DNA of 64,000 nucleotides, taken from contig NC_057717.1 in the NCBI RefSeq assembly GCF_004010195.1, positions 107,420,709 through 107,484,708 of the forward strand, in the 5' to 3' direction. A program made the translations under genes and the position numbers. The notes under the pieces are model-generated. The model ran no database searches. It worked only from the letters and a program-made list of their open reading frames with translations, and had not been told where the DNA came from. The stretch comes from Chiloscyllium plagiosum (Eukaryota). This document shows positions 48,665 through 61,395 of this stretch, piece after piece. The stretch's first letter is position 1. Each line of letters begins with the position of its first letter.

Positions 48665-50800
48665 CAGTCTAGCACAGTACAGTCCCTTCAGTTTTATCCT
48701 ACCCTAAGATCAAACCAACCTACATACCATACATTTTATTATCACCCATGTGCCTAACCAACAGTCGTTTAAATGTCCCTAATGTATCTGACTCTACCAC
48801 CACTGCTGGCAGTGCATTCCACACACTCACCACTCTCTGTGTAAAGAACCTACCTCTGACATCACTCCTAAACATTCCTCCAATCACCTTAAAATTATGA
48901 TCCCACGTGAAAGCCATTTCTGCCCTGGGAAAAGGTCTCTTGCCATTCTCGCTATCAATGCTTCTCATCATCTTGTACACCTCTATCAAGTCACCTCTCA
49001 TCCTTGTTAGCTCCCATGAGAAAAGCCCTAGCTTCCTCAACCTTTCTTCATAAGACATGCCCCCCCAGTCCAGGCAGCATCCTACTAAGTCTTCTCTGCA
49101 CTCTCTCTGAAGTTTCCACATACTTCCTATAACGAGGCAACCAGAATGAACACAGTATTCTAAGTGTGATCTAACCAGGACTCAATGTAGCTGCAGAATA
49201 ACCTTGTAGCTCTTAAACTCAATTCCTCTGTTAACGAAAGCCAACACACCATACACCTTCTTAACAACTCTATCAACTTGGTTGGCAACTTTGAGGGATC
49301 TGTGAATGTGGACCCCTGTTCCTCCATAATGCCAAGGATCCTGCCTTTAACCCTGTAATCTGCATTCAAATTTGACCTTCCAAAATGAATCACTTCACAC
49401 TTTTCCAGGTTGAACTCCATCTGCCACTTCTCAGCCCAGCTCTGCATCCTGTCAATGTCCCATTGCAATCTACACAGTCTTCCACACTACCCACAGCTCC
49501 AACAACTTCTGTGTTATCAGCAAACTTACTAACCCACCCTTCCACTTCCTCATCCAAGTCATTCATAAAAATCACAAAGAGGAGAGGTCCCAGAACAGAT
49601 CCCTGCAGAACACCACTGGTCACCGTGCTTCAGGCTAAATACTTTCCATCTACTACAACCGTTTCTCTTCTGGGCCAGCCAATTCTGTATCCAGACAGCT
49701 AAATTTCCATGTATCCCATGCCTCTTTACTTTCTGAATAAGCCTACCATGGGGAACCTTATCAAACACCTTGTTAAAATCCATGTACGCAACATTCACTG
49801 CTCTACCTTCATCAATGTGTTTGTCACATCCTCAAAAAATTCAACAAGGCTTCTGAGGCATGACCTGCCCCTCACAAAGCCATGCTGACTATCCCTAATC
49901 AAGTTATGCTTTTCCAAATAATCATAAATCCTGTCTCTCAGAATCCTCTCCAATAATTTGCCCACCACCAATGTAAGATTGACTGGTCTGTAATTCCCAG
50001 GATTATCCCTATTCCTTGTCTTGAACAAGGGAAAAGCATTTGCCACCTTCCAATCATATGGTACTACTACAGTGGAGAGTGAGGTTGCAAAGATCACTGC
50101 CAAAGATGCAACAATCTCTTCCCTCACTTCCCGCAGTAACCTTGGGTATATCCAGTCTGACCCAGAAACCCATCTATCCTCATGTTTTTAAAAATTTCGA
50201 GCACATCCTCCTTCTTACCATCAACCTATTCGAGCATATGAGCCTGCTTTACGTTATCATCACAAACAATAAGGTCCCTCTCACTAGTGAATACTGAAGT
50301 AAAGTATTCATTAAGGACCTCCCATATGTCCTCCGACTCTAGGCACAAGTTCCCTCCACTATCCCTGACTGGCCCAACCCTCACTCTGGCCAACCTCTTT
50401 TTCCTCACATAACTGCAGAACACCTTTGGGAATTTCCTTAATTCTACCCGCCAAAGCTTTTTCATGCCCACCTTCTACCTCTTCTAAGTCCATTCTTTAG
50501 TTCCTTCCTGGTTACCTTGTAATCTTCTAGAGTCCTGTCTGATCCTTGCCTCCTCAACCTTAAGTAAGCTTCCTTCTTCCTCTTGATTAGATATGTCATA
50601 CCTCTTGACATCTAAAGTTCCTTCACCCTACCATCCCTTCCTTGCCTCAGTGGGACGAAATTATCCAGCACTCACAGCAAGTGCTCCCTGAACAACCTCC
50701 ACATTTCTGTCTTGCATTTCCCTGAGAATATCTGTTCCCAATTTATGTTCCACAGTTCCTGCCTAATAACAGTGTAATTCCTCCTCCCCCAATTAAATAC
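48665..50800 (-). mobile_element. Decayed CR1 ORF2, same subfamily as 33098-36330
   Basis: RT motifs; shared 3' tail agcacagtacag.cccttcagttttatcc. Confidence 0.95.
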
Positions 50801-51417
50801 TAGCCTCGGGTCTGGTTGTGACAAACCCCACTCTAAGGTTGCTTTGAGAAAGCTTTTAAAGAGAGATAGAAAAGCAGAGTAGTTTAGGAAAGGAAAACTA
50901 TCAAAAGCTTTATCATCAATTTCGAGTCATGCACAGGATAATGCAAAGCAAATGGAATTAAGACAGCAGGGTGTTGAGGAGTAAAAAATAGAAATATAGA
51001 GCTGCCACATATCATAGAATTAAGGTAAGGTGAGGATGTAGCAGGAACTAAAGCTGAGAGCCAAGACTTTAAATTTAAACCCATTACGGGACAGGCAGCC
51101 AACGAAGAATAGAAAGAAAGGGAGATAAGGAAGTTGTAGTTAAGGCAGGTACATGTCATGGAGGTGCTGGTGTTAGACTGGGATGGACAAAGTTAAAAAT
51201 GGACAACACCAGGTTATAGCCCAAAAGGTTCATTTGAAAGTACAAGCTTTTGGAGCGCTGCTTCTTTGTCAGGTATCTAGCTGTGTGATATTTAACTTAA
51301 TGTACAGTCGCCCACCATTGTTTGATTAACCTTGTCTCCAATACCATAAAATCTAGTAATGCTTGTACAACAGGTTCTGCCCATGCGACATTCACATAGG
51401 TCAGTATGTTGGTTAAG

Positions 51418-52365
51418 GTCATAGAGTCATAGAGATGTACAGCACGGAAAGGCAAGGCTGAGAAGTGGCAGATGGAGTTTAATTCAGATAAATGCGAGGT
51501 GCTGCATTTTGGGACCCGACATGCCAAATCTTAGCAGGACCTTTATACTTAATGGTAAGGTCCAAGGGAGTGTTGCTGAACAAAGAGATCTTGGAGTGCA
51601 GGTTCATAGCTCCTTAAATGTAGAGTCTCAGGTAGATAGGATGGTGAAGAAGGCATTTGGTATGCTTTCCTTTATTGGTCAGAGTATTGAGTACAGGAGT
51701 TGGGAGGTCGTATTGCGGCTATACAGGACATTGGTTAGGCCACTGCTGGAATATTGCGTGCACTTCTGGTCTCCTTCCTATCGGAAAGATGTTGTGAAAC
51801 TTGAAAGGGTTCAGAAAAGATTTACAAGGATGTTGCCAGGGTTGGAGGATTTGAGCTATAGGGAGAGCTGGCAGGTGGGACTAGATTGGGTTGGGATATC
51901 TGGTCAGCATGGACAGGTTGAACCGAAGAGTCTGTTTCCACGCTGTACATCTCTATGACTCTATGACTGATTAGGGATAGTTAATATGGTTTTATGCATG
52001 GGAAATCATGTCTCACAAACTTGGTTGAGTTTTTTGAAGAAGTAACAAAGAGATTGATGAGGGCAGAGCGGTAGATGTGATCTATATGGACGTCAGCAAG
52101 GCGTTTAACAAGATTCCCCATGGGAGACTGGTGAGCAAGGTTAGATCTCATGGGATACAGGGAGAACTTACCATTTGGATACAGAACTGGCTCGAAGGTA
52201 GAAGACAGAGGGTGGTAGTGGAGGGTTGTTTTTCAGACTGGAGGCCTGTGACCAGTGAAGTGCCACAAGGACTGGAGGCCTGTGACCAGTGAAGTGCCAC
52301 TACTTTTCATCATTAATATAAATGATTTGGATGACAGCATAAGAGGTACAGCTACAAAGTTTGCT
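51418..52365 (+). mobile_element. Scrambled CR1/HER1 fragments
   Basis: Short minus 3' tail, then plus 3' end (51452-51967), then a more 5' RT piece (51968-52365). Confidence 0.9.
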
Positions 52366-52537
52366 GTATAAAAATCTTTGCCTGACTACAGATGGGAATT
52401 CATCCAACTTTCACTATAACATCAGTATTTACCCAATTTCTCCAAATTTGTCAATCTAGCAAAAAAATACAATTGTAGAATAGGAGAACTATTTTGCTTC
52501 ATATTGAACAAGTACTAACAGTGTTATTTAAACACAG

Positions 52538-52677
52538 GCAAAAATATTGACATGACAGCTCCAGTTCTGCTGAAGATACCTCAAGATAAACATTTCTTAG
52601 ATATCAAGACCTACACCATCCATTTTTTGTTGCCAGCTAGTAATCAGCAGAATCCACCAGCACCCATTGACACTAAT
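52538..52677 (+). CDS. soul2: SOUL-family exon 5 (GKNIDMTAPVLLKIPQDKHFLDIKTYTIHFLLPASNQQNPPAPIDTN)
   Basis: cag| acceptor, |GTGAGT donor. Contains the SOUL motifs 'I.MTAPV' and 'F.LP...Q.NPP.P'. Confidence 0.95.
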
Positions 52678-52759
52678 GTGAGTAGATAGATGGTTCAACT
52701 TTTGTTGAAACTGAATGTTGAACCAATTTAATTTTAACGTACAAGTTTGCTGTAATTCT

Positions 52760-55700
52760 GCTGTACTGAATAGAGTGGGTTCTTTCTTGATTAATATGTT
52801 TTATTGAAATCTGTCTTTTGATTAAATTTTTAAAAATTTAAACCTAAGTACTAAGTTAGCCTAGAGCACTGTTTTTTAGGACAAAAAGGACAGTGCTATT
52901 TTCTTGATCTGTAGATTGCGAAGGAGCAAAGATGGACTTTAATACAGTGAAATGCTCTTCCTGTCAGATATTAGTGTTTCCATGTTACTGATGATTGTGT
53001 CTGCAGTAAATGTGTTTGGTTGCAAATCCTATCACATTGCATGGATCGGTTGCAGCGACAGATAGAGGCAATGAGGAATTTACAAGAGTGAGAGGATGTG
53101 ATGGATGGCAGTTATAGGAAGGGAGAAAAGCTACAGATACAGTCAGGTAGATGGGTTAACTCCAGGAAGGGTAGGCAGGTAATGCAGGAGTTTCCCCATT
53201 TCAAACATTTCAAAATGTAGGAGGTGATGGATTCTCAAGGGAATGTAGCATGAACAGCCAAGTTTATGGTTTCGAGACAGGCTATAAGGCAATGAAGGGC
53301 ATGTCGGGTTCCAAGCAATCAACTGTGAAGGGGACACTCTAGTCAGAGGCACAGAAACACGTTTCTGCAGCTAGCAGCAAAAAATCAGAACGGTGTGTTG
53401 CTTCCCTGGTGCCAGGATCAAGGATGTCTCAGAGAGGGTGCAGAATGTTCTCAAAGTTGAGAGGGACCAGCAGACGGTCATTGTACACATTGGAACCAAC
53501 CACATAGGAAAGGAAAAGGATGAGATTCTCAAGGGAGAATATAGAAAGTTAGGTGGGAATTTAAAAAGGAGGTCCTCGAGGGTAGTAATATCTGGATTAC
53601 TCCCAGTGCTATGAGCTACTGAGGGTAGGCATAGGAAGATGGAGCAGATGAATACATGGCTGAGGAGCTGGCGCATGGGAGAAAGGTTCACGTTTTTGGA
53701 TCATTGGAATCTCATCTGGGGTAGAAGTGACCTGTACAAGAAGGACGGATTGCATCTAAATTGGAAGGGGACTAATATACTGGCAGGGAGAGTTGCTAGA
53801 GATGCTCAGGAGGATTTGGGGGGGAGCCATGGAACCCAGGCAAATAGTGAGGAAAGAGATCAATCTGAAACTGGTACAGTTGGGAAAGGGGGCGAGTCAA
53901 ACAGTAAGGGCAGGAAGGAACAAAGCAACAAGGTAGGACTAAGAAATTGAGGAGAAAGTGAGGTCTGCAGATGCTGGAGATCAGAGATGGAAATGTGTTG
54001 CTGGAAAAGCGCAGCAGGTCAGGCAGCATCTAGGGAACAGGAGAATCGACGTTTCGGGCAATTCCTGAAGAAGGGCTAATGCCCGGAACGTCGATTCTCC
54101 TGTTCCCTAGATGCTGCCTGACCTGCTGCACTTTTCCAGCAACACATTTCCAGGACTAAGAAATTAAACTGCATTTATTTCAATGCAAGTTGCCTAACAG
54201 GGAAGGCAGATGAACTCAGGGCATGTTTAGGAACATGGGACTGTGATATCATAGCATTACAGAAACGTGGCTCTGGGATGGACAGGAGTGGCAGTTTAAT
54301 GTTCCAGGATACAAAACCTATAGGAAGTATAGAAAGGGGACCAAGAGAGGAGGGAGAGTAGTGTTTTTGATAAGGGATAGTATTACTGTTGTACTTAGGG
54401 AGGATATTCTGGGAATACAACCAAGGAAGTTGTTTGGGTGGAACTGAGAAATAAGAAAGGAATGATCACCTAATTGGGATTGTATTATAGACCCTCTAAT
54501 AGCGGGAAATTGAGAAACAAATTTGTAAGGACATTTTAGTTATCTGTAAGAATGATAGGGTGGTTATGGTAGGGGATTTTAACTTTCCAAACATAGACTG
54601 GGACTGCCATAGTGTTAAGGATTTAGATGGAGAGGAATTTGATAAGTGTATACAAGATTCAATATGTGGGTGTACCTACTAGAGAAGGTGCAAAACTTGA
54701 CCTACTCTTGGGAAATAAGGCAGGGCAGGTGACCGAGTGTCAGTGGAGAAGCACTTTGGGACCAGCGACCATAATTCTATTAACTTTAAAATAGTGATGG
54801 AAAAAAGTTGAAGTTCTAAATTGGTGGAAGGCCAATTTTGACAGTATTAAGCAAGATCTTTCAAAAGCTGATTGGGGGCAGATGTTCGCAGGTAAAGAGG
54901 CGGCTCGAAATCAGGAAGCCTTCAAAAATAAGATGAGAGTCCAGAGACAGTATATTCCTGTTAGGGTGAAAGGAAAGGATAGTAGGTGTAGGGAATTCTT
55001 GATAACGAGAGAAATTAAGGTTTTGGTAAAAGAAAAGAAGGAAGCATATGACAAGTATAGACAAGAGAGATCAAGTGAATCCTTAGAAGAGTATAAAAGC
55101 AGTAGGAGTATACTTAAGAGGGAAATCAGGAGGGCAAAAAGGGTACATGATAGTTTTGGCAAATAGGGTTAAGGAGAATCCAAAGGGTTTTTATAAGTAC
55201 ATTAAGGACAAAAGGGTAATTGGGGAGATAAAATCAGTAAGGCAGCCTTTATGTGCAGCTGCATATATGGGCAAGATACTAAATGAGTACTTTGTGGCAG
55301 TGTTTACTGTGGAGAAGGACATGAAATGTATAGAATGTGGGGAAATAGAAGGTGACATCTTGAAAAATGTCCATATTACAGAGGAGGTGGTGCTGGATGT
55401 CTTGAAATGCATACAAAAGGATAAATCCCCAGGACTGATCAGGTGTACCCGAGAACTCTGTGGGAAGCTAGGGAAGTGATTGCCGGGCCCCTTGCTGAGA
55501 TACTTGGATCATCGATAGTCACAGGTCAGGTGCCAGAAGACTGGAGGGTGGCTAACATGGTGCCACTATTTTTAAAAAGGTGGTTAAAAAAGCCAGGGCA
55601 CCATAGACAAGTGAGCCTGACATCGGTGGTGGGTAAGTTGTTGCAGGAAATCCTGAGGGATAGGATTTACATGTATTTGGAAAAGCAAGGACTAATTAGG

Positions 55701-56935
55701 GATAGTCACCATGGCTTTGTGCATGGCAAATCATGTCTCACAAACTTGACTGAATTTTTTGAAGAAGTAACAAAGAGGATTGATGAGTGCAGAGCTGTAG
55801 ATATAATCCATATGGACTTTAGTAAGGTGTTCAACAAGGTTCCTCATGGGAGACTGGTTAGCAAGGTTAGATCTCATGGAAGACAGAGAGAACTAGCCAT
55901 TTGGATATAGAACCAGTTCAAAGGCAGAAGACAGAGTGTGTTTGTGGAGGGTTGCTTTTCAGACTGGAGGCCTGTCACCAGCGGAGTGCCACAAGGCTCG
56001 GTGCTGGGTCCACTACTTTCCGTCATTTATATAAATGATTTGGATGTGAACAGAGGAGGTATAGTTAGTAAGCTTGCAGGCAGATGGGACTAGATTGGGT
56101 TGGGATATCTGGTCGGCATGGATGGGTTGAATTGAAGGGTCTGTTTCCATGCTGTATATCTCTATGACTCTACGACAGCAAAATTAGAGGTGTAGTGGAC
56201 AGCGAAAAAGGTTACCTCAGAATACCTTGCAGTGCAGCTTCATAGTTCCTTGAAAGTAGAGTTGCAGGTAGACAGGATAGTGAAGAAGACATTTGGTATG
56301 CTTTCCTTTATTGGTCAGAGCATTGAGTATATGAGTTGAGAGGTCATATTGCGGCTGTATCGGACATTGGTTAGGCAATTTTTGGAATATTGCATGCAGT
56401 TCTGGTCTCCTTCCTATTGGAAGGATGTTGTGAAACTTGAAAGGTTTCAGAAAAGATTTACAAGGATGTTCTGAGAATTGGAGGATTTGAGCTTTAGGGA
56501 GAGACTGAATAATCAGGGGCTATTTTCCCTGGAGCGTCGGAGGCTGAGGGATGACCTTCTAGAAGTTTATAATATCATGAGGGGCATGGATAGGATAAAC
56601 AGACAAGGTCTTTCCCTGGGGTGGGGGAGTCCGAAACTAGAACTAGAGGGCATAGGTTCAGGGTGAGAGGGGAAAGATATAAAAGGGACCGAAGAAGTAA
56701 ACTTTTCATGCTGAGGGTGGTCCGTGTATGGAACGAGCTGTCAGAGGAAGTGGTGGAGGCTGGTACAATTACAGCATTTAAAAGGTATCTGGATGGTTAT
56801 ATGAATAGGAAGGCTTCAAAGGGATATGGGCCAAGTGCTGGCAAATGAGACTAGATTAGGTTAGGATTTCGAGTTGGCATGGATAAGTTGGACCAAAGGG
56901 CCTGTTTCCATGCTGTACATCTCAATGACTCTATG
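52760..56935 (+). mobile_element. Essentially full-length, inactivated CR1/HER1 LINE in SOUL intron 5
   Basis: ORF1 from ~52931 (CSSC...CSKC finger, then esterase VCCFPGARIKDV...VHIGTN...DGLHLN). ORF2 APE and RT ~54170-56848. Many stops and frameshifts. Confidence 0.95.
53949..54151. mobile_element. Penelope-derived foldback mini-element inserted in the CR1
   Basis: 14-bp TSD aggactaagaaatt (53935-53948, 54152-54165). attc-CTGAAGA-a-gggc taat gccc-GGAAC-GTC-gatt at 54061-54095. Confidence 0.9.
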
Positions 56936-57294
56936 AATCTAATGTGCCTTATTTGTTTAAATTCTGCCTTCCTTCTTCTTTCCTTCTTCCTTGTTTGCTT
57001 TGATGATATATATCATTCACTGGCTGAAGAGTGAAGCAGCTCCAAGTGTTCAGTGACTGTCAATCTTTATATGGTCATGAAATATGCACAGCTTAACAGG
57101 GTGAATCACTGCTCAATCTCCTCACCCTACGTGAGGAAAGCATCTGGCCAATCAGAATAACCTTGAATAGTATGTTGTCAATCAGAAGATGTGCATACAG
57201 GAAACCAGCAAAGGATAGTTCAGGGTTAGGTTTCCAATACATGCCATATTACATCTTAAAATTGGTATTAATGTGCTTTGAAATAAATGTGCAT

Positions 57295-57510
57295 TTTGAG
57301 AAGATTTGCAGCTCAGGTTGAGGTTCTGGATGTAGGTTTGCTCACTGAGCTGGAAGATGCATTTTCAGATGTTTCGTCACTATACTAGGTAACATTATCA
57401 GTGAGCCTCCGGATGAAGGCTTCATCTGAAGGCTCACTGATGATGTTACTTAGTATGGTGACGAAACATCTGAAAACACGCCTTCCAGCTCAGCAAGCAA
57501 AGCTTCATCC
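57295..57510. mobile_element. Penelope-derived foldback mini-element with hammerhead core
   Basis: 12-bp TSD ataaatgtgcat (57283-57294, 57511-57522). tca-CTGATGA-t-gttact tagtat ggtgac-GAAAC-ATC-tga at 57434-57473. Confidence 0.85.
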
Positions 57511-58051
57511 ATAAATGTGCATCATTAGATAGGGTTGGCTTATCCAAATTGATTATTAATTGTCCACTTCTTATTAATTTATGATTCAGTACATTTGACC
57601 CCTGCAGCACAATGACTTGAAACTAATTTCTAGTTTTTTTTATAGTCAGTGAGTTGCTGCTTGACACTTCAAACAAGGAAGTTTTATGTATACTTGATAT
57701 ATTTTTAAAACCTTAATTCAATTCTTTAACTTAATCTTAGCATCTCCTTTCGATGTAAACTCGAAGTCAATAGTAACGCTTGCTCCCACCATTCAGCAAC
57801 ATTGTGAAGAGCAGCGTGGTAGTCCTCAAAGTTTTCTGTTACTACTGATGGTCGACTATCATGATTCTGCCTATCACATTGGACCAGGAGTTTAATACAT
57901 ACTAAATTTCAGACATAAACCTAAAACATGCAATTCTATGGCACTTAATATTTAGTGAACAGGGCAGTTTTAAAGAAGGAATTTATTTTATCACTGATTC
58001 CATTATTTTCCATCTTAACATTTTGACATTTTTTTCTTTTATATTAAACAG

Positions 58052-58215
58052 GTTTACTTCATTGATTTCCCAGATATGTATGCCTATGTGAAATCGTTTG
58101 GTGGTTGGTTAATGACATTGAATTCAAAATCCAATGCCAAGAGTTTGAAACAGCAGCTGGAAAATGCTGCCGAACAATTTGATTCCAGTTTTTATTTTGG
58201 CGCTGGCTACAATAG
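58052..58215 (+). CDS. soul2: SOUL-family exon 6 (VYFIDFPDMYAYVKSFGGWLMTLNSKSNAKSLKQQLENAAEQFDSSFYFGAGYN)
   Basis: Long T tract and cag| acceptor, ag|GTAATG donor. Contains 'YV.SFGGW' and 'AGYNSP'. Confidence 0.95.
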
Positions 58216-59871
58216 GTAATGATTTAATGCATGTTCAGCAGTCCTTTGCTTTAAAGTAATCTTTATCCAGGTAATTGAGTGAACTGATACACAATGTGTT
58301 ACATTGCATGGAGCAGGGCAGGCAATCACATCTGCCATCCTCTATATTGAATTCACAAATTTAACTATAATGAAATGGTGATGTACAAAGAGCAATACAA
58401 TGACACGATGAGTTTCCCCTTAAAAGAAGCATAAAAAATAGGAGCGTTGTAGGCCATTCTACCTGCTCTATATTGTATGTTCATGGCCAATCATCCAACT
58501 TAGAACCCTGTTCCTGTTTTCTCCTGATGCACTTTGATCTCTTTAGCACCAAGAATTATATTAACTCCTTCTTGAAAATAGTCAATGTTTGGCCTCAACA
58601 GCTCTTTGTGGCAGAGAATTCCACAGGTTCACCACTCTCTATGTAAAGAAATTTCTTTTCATCTCAGTTCTAAATGGCCTAAACTGGATATTAAAAAAGA
58701 TATAGATCTATAATATCTCAAATGATGAGTTCAAACACTGGCTACTCAAGTGACACAAGAAAAGTCAAAATATTTCCCATCCAGCAGAAAGGAAGACCAA
58801 TTTGCATATACACTTAGTAGTACTGACTGTGGAGATGGTTCTATTTTGCTTGAATTTTTTTGTCTCCCTTACATTGTCCTAGAAGAGTGTGTTATGATCC
58901 CAGTTGGTGAAGCTACTGGACAAGTCAGATCTCAGATGGAAATCCAGCTTGACCGATCAGATTTTATTTTTCATTCAATTTGACAAGGTGGTCTTTCAGT
59001 GAAATGGTACAATTTTGTTTTAACAAGAAACCAGAAGTTTATTATGCACCAGGCCACTTGCATATAACATAATTTGAAAGATTTCAAATCACACAGTAAA
59101 ATAAAATCCTATCTACCCCAACATCCTTTACAGTGCAGAAATACCAGAAACAGCTCGCTTCTCAATTACATCTATAGGTTTCATTTAACTATTGCTATCA
59201 ACTCCCAGTCTTCAGAGTTTGATAGAGTTTTCCTTAAAGTATTACACAACCAAACTTGAACATTCTTAGCTTCAGATAACTCCATCACATTTTTAACAAA
59301 ACATGTCAGGTCCATGATTTTCAAACTAAAATCTTTACTCTGAAGTAACCTATTTCCTCACTGTTCTGAGAAGACTGTCTTATATCTAACCCATCTAGGA
59401 GAAGACTGTCTTGTATCTAACCTCAACCATGTTCTGTGAACTGAAACCAAAAATTTGCTATTCTCTGGGTCTTTCCCCAGGCAAAAGAAAAATCCTTTCC
59501 TGATTCTTCTAAACTAAAGGCAACTAATGCTTTTCAATGTTTGCTCTTTTCAATCATAAAACTCGCACTTCGCAAACAAATCCACATTATCACTCTAGAA
59601 CTGCCCCCTCATAATGGTTTAAAAATCATGACTTCAGAAAAAAAATGACAAGTTAATTATTTAACTCACTCATAGACAGAAACCACTAGTTCAAAATCCA
59701 AATTCTAAAACAAATGTAATTAATATATATAAATCACACACTTAACATCACTATTAAAAACTAAAGAAAAAGACTGGGGGCAATTCTCCATTCTGTCATG
59801 TATGTTGTGAATATTAGTTTGCAATTTTAATTTCAATAAAAATTAATTTTTAAAATTTCTTTTTCATTCAG

Positions 59872-59947
59872 TCCAAAGACATTAACTGGTCGACATAATG
59901 AAGTGTGGTATATTGCAGAAGGTACACCAATCTGTCAAGCCCCATGA
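59872..59947 (+). CDS. soul2: SOUL-family last coding exon (SPKTLTGRHNEVWYIAEGTPICQAP*)
   Basis: ttcag| acceptor, SOUL C-terminal signature 'RHNEVW', TGA at 59945-59947. Spliced CDS is 639 nt with no internal stop. Confidence 0.95.
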
Positions 59948-60399
59948 TCTCATCAAAAGGAAGCACCAAAAGAATCTTCAAGGGACTTATTTTCTGTCCA
60001 TAGTACAACTGATAACTATAATCACAGCATTTAGATTTTAGCTTTGTAGAAAGTAAAACTAAAGTATTATTTGTCTAGCTTCATATCTATGGTATACTCT
60101 TTTTCCACTTAAAAAACACAATGATCATTAATATAGTTTTATGACTGGTCAAGGGGGCCACGATATAGAGCATCCTCTCCTGAAACCGAACTTCAACATA
60201 AATTAAGCCAAGCTGATGAAAATCCTCAGTGGGATTGCAGAGTCTGTAGAATGACAATGTTGATGGTTTCATTTGCATCAATGTTTTGTTATTTCAGCAA
60301 AGCATTACCCTACTGCAGATAATTGTTGGTATTGAATGAATAGGAATGGTAGAAAGATAGAAAGATTTGTATCCACATGGCAGCTGTGGAATTTAAATT

Positions 60400-60721
60400 T
60401 AGATTAGATTAGATTAGATTACTTTACAGTGTAGAAACAGGCCCTTCGGCCCAACAAGTCCACACCGACCCGCCGAAGCGCAAACCACCCATACCCCTAC
60501 ATTTACCCCTTACCTAACACTACGGACAATTTAGCATGGCCAATTCACCTAACCTGCACATTTTTGGACTGTGGGAGGAAACCGGAGCACCCGGAGGAAA
60601 CCCACGCAGACACGGGGAGAATGTGCAAACTCCACACAGTCAGTCGCCTGAGGCGGGAATTGAACCCGGGTCTCTGGCGCTGTGAGGCAGCAGTGCTAAC
60701 CACTGTGCCACCGTGCCGCCC
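60400..60721 (-). mobile_element. Young HE1-type SINE
   Basis: Intact head and (ctaat)n tail. Confidence 0.95.
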
Positions 60722-61095
60722 AGTGATTTAGTTAATCAAACGATTCTGGAATAAAAAACTGGTATCAGTAATGGCCACCATGTAGCCTACTGGATTTATT
60801 TTGTCAGCTAAATGAATTAACTTACATGAATAAAACTGGATTATACTCAGCCCTTTGGATGCCAACCTTGGATGAGTTGCTCTGATTGAAGAACCTTTAT
60901 CTGACATGCATGGCACAAAAAGTTCATACTCATGATCAAAGGTCAGCGCTATCATTTACTCTCAATATTTAGTGACATTGAGTGGCAAGGTAAAGATCTG
61001 ATTTGGGAAGTGCATTTGTCTTCAAAGTTTTCTGCCTTTTTCAGGGTCCGGAATCATGTTTCAACCTGTCACATTGGATCTGGGGCTTTTTGCAG

Positions 61096-61395
61096 GGATG
61101 GAATGGTGGCTCAGTGGTTAGCACTGCTGCCTCACAGCGCCAGGGACCCAAGTTCAATTCCAGTCTCAAGCGACTGTCTGTGTGGAGTTTGCACATTCTC
61201 CACATGACTCCAAGGGTTTGCTCCCGCAGTCCAAAGAGGTGCAAATTGCCCACAATGTCCAGAGATGTGCAAGCTAGGTGGATTAGCCATGGAAAACATA
61301 GGGATATAGAGAGGTGGATCTGGTGGGATGGTCTTCCAGGGTTGGGTATAGGTGGAATGGCCTGCTTCCATACTGCAAGGATTCTATGATTCTAA
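61096..61395 (+). mobile_element. Older HE1-type SINE
   Basis: ggtggctcagtggttagcactgctgcctcacagcgcc head. Confidence 0.85.

Noticed and set aside
59368..59422. Short direct repeat (gagaagactgtctt.tatctaacc x2) and similar ones at 13921, 26588 and 52238
   Set aside because: Ordinary slippage duplications; only two units and no spacer array, so not CRISPR-like.
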